Shown: positions 35,345 to 41,463 of the stretch, one piece after another
Layout of the letters: every line of letters begins with the position of its first letter
Numbering within the stretch: the first letter of the stretch is position 1
Source of the DNA: a virus
Taxonomy: Duplodnaviria; Caudoviricetes
IMG/VR virus record: IMGVR_UViG_3300042997_002640
Location: 1 to 45,041 of that record
DNA length: 45,041 nucleotides
Strand: one strand, 5' to 3'
Notes under the pieces: model-generated
What the model was told of the DNA's origin: nothing
Database searches by the model: none
The model's input: only the letters and a program-made list of their open reading frames with translations
Position numbers and translations under genes: made by a program

Positions 35345-36031
35345 ATGGATCACGCGCAACTCCAGCGCCGCCTCTTCTCGCTGGGCGTCTATCAAGGCGC
35401 GATCGACGGGAAGTTCGGTCCGCTGAGCAGGGCGGCCACCCTCAAGGCGCTGACCGACGGTCCCGATTACGAGATCACTGCCGATGACGTCGCAGCCGCT
35501 GCCCGCGACATCAAGGTCGAACCGGCGACGATCTGGACCATCTATGACGTCGAGGCTGCGGGAGACGCCTTCATCGGCGGGCGGCCCACAATCCTGCCGG
35601 AGCCGCATCGGTTCAGCCGGTCGACCGGGCATCGCTATGACGCCGGCCATCCGCGCATCTCGTCCCGGACATGGAACCGGAAGCTCTATCCCGGCAGCCA
35701 GGCGGCGCGCTGGGAAATGCTGATGGACATGGTCGCGCTCGACGTCGACGCGGGGTTCATGTCCGCCAGCTATGGCGCGTTCCAGATCCTGGGCGAGAAC
35801 TTCGCCATCTGCGATGCGCCGGACCCTTGGTCCTTTGCGTGGCGGCAGTCCCGGACCGAAGGCGATCAGCTTGACGCCTTCATCCGGTTTGTGAGGGGGA
35901 AGGGGCTCGTGGGCGCCCTCCAGCGCCGTGAGTGGGCCGCTTTCGCGAAGGGGTACAACGGCACGGCCTACCGCGAGAACAAATATGATGAGCGGCTTGC
36001 CGCTGCCTATGCGAAGCGGAGGGCGGCATGA
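35345..36031 (+). CDS. Endolysin: peptidoglycan-binding domain plus N-acetylmuramidase (DUF3380-like)
   Basis: LQRRL...IDGKFGPLS; DVEAAG, EPHRF, SASYGAFQILGEN, FAKGYNG. Confidence 0.9.
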   Translation: MDHAQLQRRLFSLGVYQGAIDGKFGPLSRAATLKALTDGPDYEITADDVAAAARDIKVEPATIWTIYDVEAAGDAFIGGRPTILPEPHRFSRSTGHRYDAGHPRISSRTWNRKLYPGSQAARWEMLMDMVALDVDAGFMSASYGAFQILGENFAICDAPDPWSFAWRQSRTEGDQLDAFIRFVRGKGLVGALQRREWAAFAKGYNGTAYRENKYDERLAAAYAKRRAA

Positions 36032-36594
36032 GCTGGGCCACAGCATTGGGGCTCGCCCGTCGCCTCTGGTGGGCACCCGTCATCATCGGCCTGGTCGTGG
36101 CCCTTGCCCTGACATCGATGAAGGTCGACGTCCGCACGGCCGAACGGGACAAGGCCCGGACCGACCTCAGCGCCGAACAACGGGCCCACAGGCAGACCGT
36201 CGCCAACTATCGCGCGGCCAGTGCCGAAGCGCTGCGCCAGGCGGCCGAGAATGTGAAGCGCGTCAAGGCTGAACAGGCCGCCATCACCGAAAGGAAGATC
36301 AATGACCTCCAGGCTCATTATGCCGCTGTTGATGCTCGCTATGAGCGCGTGCGGGCAGCGCTTGCCGCCCGAACCGATCTCCGCAGTTCCGAAACAGCCC
36401 CCGTGTCCGTCGCCAGCGAAGCCACCTGCCGAGCTTATGGAGGAACCAGTTGTGACGGACTTCTTGCCAAGCTCCGGATAGCCGAGCGGCAGGCGTGGAA
36501 CCTGATCAAACTTCGGGAATGGGCAGCAGAGCAAGCGGCGGTGAAGGTGGAGCCGGAACCGGCGACAGGGCTTGGCTCACAGCTTAACCCTTGA
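36028..36594 (+). CDS. i-spanin (Rz-like)
   Basis: N-terminal TM plus coiled coil; follows the endolysin. Confidence 0.8.
   Translation: MSWATALGLARRLWWAPVIIGLVVALALTSMKVDVRTAERDKARTDLSAEQRAHRQTVANYRAASAEALRQAAENVKRVKAEQAAITERKINDLQAHYAAVDARYERVRAALAARTDLRSSETAPVSVASEATCRAYGGTSCDGLLAKLRIAERQAWNLIKLREWAAEQAAVKVEPEPATGLGSQLNP
36302..36481 (+). CDS. Embedded o-spanin (Rz1-like lipoprotein, 59 aa); absent from the ORF track
   Basis: +1 frame inside Rz: MTSRLIMPLLMLAMSAC followed by Pro-rich GQRLPPEPISAVPKQPPCPSPAKPPAELMEEP. Confidence 0.85.
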   Translation: MTSRLIMPLLMLAMSACGQRLPPEPISAVPKQPPCPSPAKPPAELMEEPVVTDFLPSSG

Positions 36595-36797
36595 TATGCC
36601 GCCGCTTCTGTCCAAAGGGGGCGGAGGGCGGCTCCGTGGTGCGTGGCGTAGCATGGGGTCGCCCAACGGGTGCCTGCTTGCCTCAAGCAACGTCCCCCGG
36701 TTTTTCCGCCGCTGTCCAATTTTTCCAATCCGAATCGGATCCTGTCGGGGCACATTTGAAGCGTGCGACCCGAAGGCTCTTAACTCAGCCTTCTCCT

Positions 36798-36830
36798 GGC
36801 CCGGTGGCTGATGCTGCCGGGCCGTTTTTC
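36798..36830 (+). terminator. Rho-independent terminator ending the late operon
   Basis: GGCCCGGTGGC-TGAT-GCTGCCGGGCC-GTTTTT. Confidence 0.75.
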
Positions 36831-36916
36831 TGAAATGTCAGGCTGGTCGCCTCGCCCCATAGGTTTGCGTGGCTGAAAGCCGGGGCGAGGCATCGCGATT
36901 ACGCACAGGGCCGTAA

Positions 36917-37225
36917 TCAGGTTCCGGCCGGCTTCTCGTCGTCTTCCTCCAGCATGGCGTCGATCATTGATCGCCATACTATTCCGACCTTGATCGATGG
37001 CGTGAGCGGCAAATCCGCCGTCCAGCCAGCGCGTTCCATACTCTCGCTCGGCTCCCGGATCGCTGCGAGGACGGCACGCACCATTGCCTCTGCATCAATC
37101 ACGCCATTGATAGGCACAGAGCGAAGGTTGTCCGGTTCGCCGCCCACGTACGCGCCTTGCTCCTGGGCAGCATCGATAATGGCGCGGGAAGCGCGCTCAA
37201 TCGGGATCATGTCGATCGACGTCAT
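36917..37225 (-). CDS. Hypothetical protein (REPSxxM...WxxMIDA family), downstream of hicB
   Basis: AGGAG RBS; paralog of 39450..39692. Confidence 0.75.
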   Translation of the reverse strand: MTSIDMIPIERASRAIIDAAQEQGAYVGGEPDNLRSVPINGVIDAEAMVRAVLAAIREPSESMERAGWTADLPLTPSIKVGIVWRSMIDAMLEEDDEKPAGT

Positions 37226-37255
37226 AGCTCGAACTCCTGAAGCCTCTCCTGAGGA

Positions 37256-37648
37256 TCAATGGCGGCCTTCGATTTCGTTCCGGGCCGCCTCCGCCATGAA
37301 CGCACTGCGGGTCAGCTTCCGAAGCGCTGCCGCCTGATCGATGGCGTCGAGCATGCCCCGATCCAGCGACAGATTGACGCGGGCGAGCTTGTTGGCCGAC
37401 GTGATGCGCGGAACGGCAAGAAGGAACGCGCCCTGCGCCAGATCCTCTTTCACCGCTTCGCGCACCTGATCGACCGGGCGCGGATCGACTTCCTCCGCGT
37501 CCTCAAACCACAGTTCCAGCGCCTCCACCGCATTGGGGAGTACGTCTTCCTGACGGTCGGCCGCCGAGAAGCAGCCCGGCAGATCGGGAAAGCTGACACC
37601 AAAGGCGCTGTCCGCATCCTTGTGAACGACGGCGTAAAAATATTTCAT
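37256..37648 (-). CDS. hicB: HicB antitoxin
   Basis: FGVSFPDLPGCFS...EALELW; C-terminal RHH RVNLSL...TRSAF. Confidence 0.93.
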   Translation of the reverse strand: MKYFYAVVHKDADSAFGVSFPDLPGCFSAADRQEDVLPNAVEALELWFEDAEEVDPRPVDQVREAVKEDLAQGAFLLAVPRITSANKLARVNLSLDRGMLDAIDQAAALRKLTRSAFMAEAARNEIEGRH

Positions 37649-37670
37649 GACTTTGCCTTTCCGGGGTGGC

Positions 37671-37853
37671 TCACAGCCACCCCGCCATCTTTGCTATGCT
37701 TCGCGCCGTTCCCAGCGGCAGGTCTTTCTTCGGGTGGGGCACGATGATCGTCCGGTCGCCCTTCCTGAATTTGTGGTGAGAGCCCTTCACCGAAACCTGT
37801 TCATAGCCCTCTTCTAGAAGCCGCCTGACGATCTTTTTGCTGTCCCGTTCCAT
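37671..37853 (-). CDS. hicA: HicA toxin (60 aa)
   Basis: KGSHHKF...VPHPKKDLPLGTARSIAKMAG. Confidence 0.94.
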   Translation of the reverse strand: MERDSKKIVRRLLEEGYEQVSVKGSHHKFRKGDRTIIVPHPKKDLPLGTARSIAKMAGWL

Positions 37854-37895
37854 GCGCAAATATATACACACGTCTGAACCATGGTGCAAGCGAAA

Positions 37896-37915
37896 TTGCG
37901 CAATATTTTGCGCAA
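37896..37915. promoter_or_regulatory. Probable HicB operator
   Basis: TTGCGCAA-TATT-TTGCGCAA upstream of hicA; a third TGCGCA overlaps the hicA start. Confidence 0.55.
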
Positions 37916-37962
37916 TCGTCAAGGCGGCCGAAGATCATAAATCGGGCTGCCGCGTCGGCTTT

Positions 37963-37977
37963 GTTCGCATTATGTTC
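37963..37977 (+). promoter_or_regulatory. LexA (SOS) box 1 of the accessory island
   Basis: GTTC-GCATTAT-GTTC, overlapping TATGTT. Confidence 0.85.
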
Positions 37978-37982
37978 TCGTT

Positions 37983-38345
37983 ATGCGACTCGCCCTAGAA
38001 CATATGCGCTTCAAAGCCCTTTGCGTCCTTGATGAAGTGGCCGCGCAGGCCCGACCGGCGCCTTTAGTCAATCCGTCCGCCTCCCTACGCTTCGCGCTCG
38101 CCTTTCTCTGGTCAGTAGATGAGAATGGCGACCGTGAAATTTATGATGATTTCTGGCGTGCCGCCTACCAGCACGGGACCGACTATCTCGGAACAACCAA
38201 CCGAGGCGAAGCCCTTCACCGGGCCTTCGTCAATATAGCGATCAGGGCCGGGCATGAACCCTCCGTCGCTCTCAAAAATGCAATGTGGATAGCGCGAGGG
38301 GCCCCCAAGAAAGCGCCTGTCCCTCCCGATGGACGGAAAGGATAA
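37983..38345 (+). CDS. LexA-controlled hypothetical protein A (120 aa)
   Basis: ATG 5 bp after the SOS box; helical. Confidence 0.78.
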   Translation: MRLALEHMRFKALCVLDEVAAQARPAPLVNPSASLRFALAFLWSVDENGDREIYDDFWRAAYQHGTDYLGTTNRGEALHRAFVNIAIRAGHEPSVALKNAMWIARGAPKKAPVPPDGRKG

Positions 38346-38423
38346 GCCTCCGCACCCCCCTGCATAGCCTGGCCTTCTCCCGCCGGCGCATGCATGCACA
38401 AGCCCTCTAGCGACTCACCCATT

Positions 38424-38438
38424 GTTCGCTTTATGTTC
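38424..38438 (+). promoter_or_regulatory. LexA (SOS) box 2 of the accessory island
   Basis: GTTC-GCTTTAT-GTTC, overlapping TATGTT. Confidence 0.85.
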
Positions 38439-38444
38439 ACTCCT

Positions 38445-38708
38445 GTGGACAAGAATCAACGCGAGATCATCACCCTTTCTCTCCAGGTGCTGGAAAACGC
38501 CCTGCAGCGCGCGCCTAAGGAGAAGATGGGCACAGCCGAGGTGCGCCTGGCGCTCCGCTGTCTCATGCCTCATTGTCCGGAGCGCTGGCCGTTATTTACC
38601 TTTTGGGACGGCTCCATCAGCGAGAACGATCTGGGCCGCAGCGCGAGTATGACCGCGGGCTATAATGGGATCAGGCTCCAGCTTAAAGCATCGGGGGCGC
38701 TGCGATGA
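38445..38708 (+). CDS. LexA-controlled hypothetical protein B (87 aa, GTG start)
   Basis: GTG 6 bp after the SOS box; resembles protein A; ATGA-coupled to the HIRAN-like gene. Confidence 0.72.
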   Translation: MDKNQREIITLSLQVLENALQRAPKEKMGTAEVRLALRCLMPHCPERWPLFTFWDGSISENDLGRSASMTAGYNGIRLQLKASGALR

Positions 38709-39154
38709 TTTTGCCCGGGCCATCCTCGATAGCGATAGTCGGCGCCGACCTTCCGAACGCCCGCGCCGCGAAGCGACGGGCGGAGATCGCGGCTTGCCGG
38801 CCGGGCGAGCCATTGGAACTGCGGCGGGAGCGGGGAACCAGGGCGGGCAAGCGCGTGGTAGGCGTCTATTCGGCGCGAGGCATCGAGATCGGCTATGTGC
38901 TGCCTGCCCAGGTCGACCGGGTCGCCGGGCTGGTGTCGATCGCGCGGGCGATCTTCCAAGAGGCGGAAACATTCGGCGCGCTTGGGCGGCTCACATTTGA
39001 CGGCAGCACGCCCACCCTGCCGCAACCGAAACCGAAGCCGGAACGGCGCGAGCCTGAGCGCCGGCCGCCCGATGAGTTCTGCGATATCTTTCCCGCGGCG
39101 CGTCAGCGGCAGTCGGAGGCGAGCAGCCCGCCGTTATCCCATTTCCTCACATAA
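38705..39154 (+). CDS. HIRAN-like protein (degenerate motif)
   Basis: IVGADLPN..RRAEIAACRPGE..VYSARGIEIGYV aligns with 5470..5859. Confidence 0.8.
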   Translation: MILPGPSSIAIVGADLPNARAAKRRAEIAACRPGEPLELRRERGTRAGKRVVGVYSARGIEIGYVLPAQVDRVAGLVSIARAIFQEAETFGALGRLTFDGSTPTLPQPKPKPERREPERRPPDEFCDIFPAARQRQSEASSPPLSHFLT

Positions 39155-39453
39155 ACCGCTTGCCCGCGCCTGATCTGCTCGCAGGCGACGTTCCGGCCGC
39201 CGACATAGACCTGCGCGAGCGTGCGGCCATAGCGATCCTGTCCAACGCGCTGGACGCTGACTCGGCCGCCCATCATCGTCTGAAGGCTGCGCTTGCTGGC
39301 ATTCCCGTCGCCTGGCACGCACGCCCTCCCCTGCCGACAGCCGTGGATCTCGGGCGCATCAATGCCCAGCAGTCGGATGCGCTCACCATCGATGCGAACC
39401 GTGTCGCCATCGACGACGGTCACGGCGGCGGCCATAATAAGAGCGGCGATCAG
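39103..39453 (-). CDS. Thermonuclease (SNase) family protein; start CTG 39453 or ATG 39435
   Basis: VVDGDT, IRLLGIDAPE, DRYGRTLA. Confidence 0.9.
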   Translation of the reverse strand: MIAALIMAAAVTVVDGDTVRIDGERIRLLGIDAPEIHGCRQGRACVPGDGNASKRSLQTMMGGRVSVQRVGQDRYGRTLAQVYVGGRNVACEQIRRGQAVYVRKWDNGGLLASDCR

Positions 39454-39692
39454 GGCTGTTCTCCCATCATGGCGTCGATCATCGCGTGCCAAATATCCTC
39501 TGGATAGATCGCCCGGTTTCGATCCTCGGGTGTCGCTCTGACCATGGCCGCGCTCGGCTGCCGGATCGCATCTATGACGGCGCGAACTTCCGGCAGATAA
39601 TCCTGCCACAGCGGCTTTCCGTCCATGGTGGCACCGGGAATGCTGCCCTCCAGTTCGCACAGGGCACGGCACGCGCGTTCGAGCGGGTTCAT
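39450..39692 (-). CDS. Hypothetical protein (RQPSxxM...WxxMIDA family, 80 aa)
   Basis: AGGAG RBS; paralog of 36917..37225. Confidence 0.78.
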   Translation of the reverse strand: MNPLERACRALCELEGSIPGATMDGKPLWQDYLPEVRAVIDAIRQPSAAMVRATPEDRNRAIYPEDIWHAMIDAMMGEQP

Positions 39693-39814
39693 GAGCCTTC
39701 TCCTCGGCAAGGTTTCACACACAATCAAGCCAATCGCGACAACGGGTTAGATCAATCCCGCCAAAAAGTATGCGCGAAATATGCAACGAATGCGGCGTTC
39801 CGCTGTTTTCCCCC

Positions 39815-39843
39815 TTGCCGACTGTTAATAGAAACCTTAACTC
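39815..39843 (+). promoter_or_regulatory. Putative TAC promoter with operator palindrome
   Basis: TTGCCG-N17-TAACTC containing GTTAA-N8-TTAAC. Confidence 0.5.
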
Positions 39844-39853
39844 TCCCGGGTAG

Positions 39854-40288
39854 ATGAAAGGTGATGATGACGATTCGCATAAGGCCCTGGGCTGTAAATG
39901 CTTGGCAGTGGGAGCCACGACGGGCCACTGCGTCATCTGCACCGACAAGATCGCTAAGGAATATGAAAAACTTGAAGACCGGGTGCAGGCACGCCTCGAA
40001 AGAGCTATGCTTCGCTGGTGTGATGGACATGCCCTTACCCCAGAAATGTTCAACGGCAATGAGGGTAGAAGTGTCGGAAATCTGATGCTTCAGGTCTTCA
40101 AAACCCACAAAGTCAGACTTTATGGATACGAGACCACCCTACAGGGTCGCCGCACATTTATAATCGTAGAGCGCGATTTGGCGAAGAAACAGAACAAAGC
40201 TGACCAAGAACTACTGAAGCGCGCTAAAAATAATATCGACGCTAAAGAATTAGACGTTGATAAGCAGAATAAAAGGAGTCGAAAATGA
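39854..40288 (+). CDS. RelE/HigB-like toxin of a TAC module
   Basis: VFKTHKVRLYG...KKQNKADQELLKRA; toxin-first order; ATGA-coupled to an HTH gene. Confidence 0.78.
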   Translation: MKGDDDDSHKALGCKCLAVGATTGHCVICTDKIAKEYEKLEDRVQARLERAMLRWCDGHALTPEMFNGNEGRSVGNLMLQVFKTHKVRLYGYETTLQGRRTFIIVERDLAKKQNKADQELLKRAKNNIDAKELDVDKQNKRSRK

Positions 40289-40680
40289 GCAACGCAGCCA
40301 CCGAAAAGAGCGCGATCTTCGCTGAAGAAGGTTTCGTGGTTGATGCTCAGATCTTTCTCAATGAACTTATGCTGGAGAAGCACATTTCTCGTGCTGACCT
40401 CGCTAAGGCGATGGGCGTGTCTCGTGCACGCATTACGCAGATCTTCTCTGACGAATGCAAGAACTTCACGGTGAGACTGCTTGCCCGCGCGATTCATGCG
40501 CTGGGCGAGGAGGCGTTCATCACCCATCGCAGGGCCTTCGAGGCTCTGAGAAACGCTTCGCGAGAAGAAGCCCCGGCGATGTCCACGAACAACGTATATT
40601 CGATTTGGTCCGAGGAGGCGTCAAACGACGACGAGTGCGAGGATATCTCGGACTTGTGGCAATATGCGAGTGCTGCTTGA
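40285..40680 (+). CDS. HigA-like HTH antitoxin with a ChAD-like C-terminal tail
   Basis: ISRADLAKAMGVSRARITQIFS..NFTVRLLA; acidic/aromatic tail NNVYSIWSEE...DLWQYASAA. Confidence 0.82.
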   Translation: MSNAATEKSAIFAEEGFVVDAQIFLNELMLEKHISRADLAKAMGVSRARITQIFSDECKNFTVRLLARAIHALGEEAFITHRRAFEALRNASREEAPAMSTNNVYSIWSEEASNDDECEDISDLWQYASAA

Positions 40681-41207
40681 TGGGCGAAATCGTGAAGAAG
40701 TCTGATGTGAAGCCGCCTGCCCAAGGCGGTTTTAAAGGCGCTGAATATAACGCCGTGGCTACCGTGGCGCGGCTGGAAAAGATCTGCCTGGTGGGCTCGC
40801 GGTTTGACGTGAACCCCGATCTTTTCGGCCAGCAGAGCGAATGGAAGCTCTCGTATGGTCGTAAGGTGAAATCCTGCCAATTTGCCCCCGATAGCGATTG
40901 CGTGATGGGCGTGTTCGAATATCACGTCACCGCTAGGGTTGGACGCGCTCGGGCGATGCAGTGCACCGCTGAATATATTGTCCTATACGAGGTGCCGGGC
41001 GATGCCCCTGAAGCGGCGGCGCAGGGGTTCTGCAAGAATGTGGGGGCCTTCGCGGCATACCCTTATTTCCGCGGCCTCGTGGCACATCTCTTCGCGGAGG
41101 CTGGGCTGAGCATACCGCCATTGCCCGCGATTGCGTCGACCGCTCATATCCCGCCGAAACCGAAAGCCAAGGAGCTCCGCGATGATACCAAGTCGATTGA
41201 GGGTTAG
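40680..41207 (+). CDS. SecB-like chaperone of a TAC module
   Basis: TGATG-coupled; beta-rich core then FCKNVGAFAAYPYFRGLV...PPLP, the SecB-like C-terminal signature. Confidence 0.82.
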   Translation: MGEIVKKSDVKPPAQGGFKGAEYNAVATVARLEKICLVGSRFDVNPDLFGQQSEWKLSYGRKVKSCQFAPDSDCVMGVFEYHVTARVGRARAMQCTAEYIVLYEVPGDAPEAAAQGFCKNVGAFAAYPYFRGLVAHLFAEAGLSIPPLPAIASTAHIPPKPKAKELRDDTKSIEG

Positions 41208-41274
41208 CCTGTGGTCCGGCGACCGAACAGAACGCTCACGCAATTTCGCCTGAGCCTTCTGGATCGAAAAAACT

Positions 41275-41409
41275 ATGGCTAACAAGAAGGTGCCTACGCA
41301 GGTTTCGCATCGGAGCTCCAACACTGGACGCTTCGTGACCGAAAGCTTTGCGAAGCGACATCCCAGCTCGACCGAGCGCGAACGGATCAAGCATCCCGAG
41401 CGTGACTGA
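41275..41409 (+). CDS. Small basic protein, 44 aa (MANKKVPTQVSHRSSNTGRFVTESFAKRHPSSTERERIKHPERD); absent from the ORF track
   Basis: Translated by hand; RSxxTGRFVTxxxAxRHP motif; stop directly followed by a terminator. Confidence 0.7.
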   Translation: MANKKVPTQVSHRSSNTGRFVTESFAKRHPSSTERERIKHPERD

Positions 41410-41411
41410 CG

Positions 41412-41448
41412 AAATGCCCGCCCTTCCAGGGGCGGGCATTTTTTGTTT
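41412..41448 (+). terminator. Rho-independent terminator between the TAC unit and the integrase
   Basis: AAATGCCCGCCC-loop-GGGCGGGCATTTTTT. Confidence 0.85.
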
Positions 41449-41463
41449 CGAGCTACCGCGCTT

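Noticed and set aside
36572-36833. ORFs 36572..36811 and 36591..36833 as genes
   Set aside because: Atypical composition, and they run into the terminator. The region is better explained as structured RNA.
37256-37853. hicAB as a novel system
   Set aside because: A canonical, widespread prophage TA pair. Only its neighbours are unusual.
39825-39840. TTAA...TTAA as a CtrA box
   Set aside because: The spacer is 8 nt, not the canonical 7. It is better explained as the TA operator palindrome.
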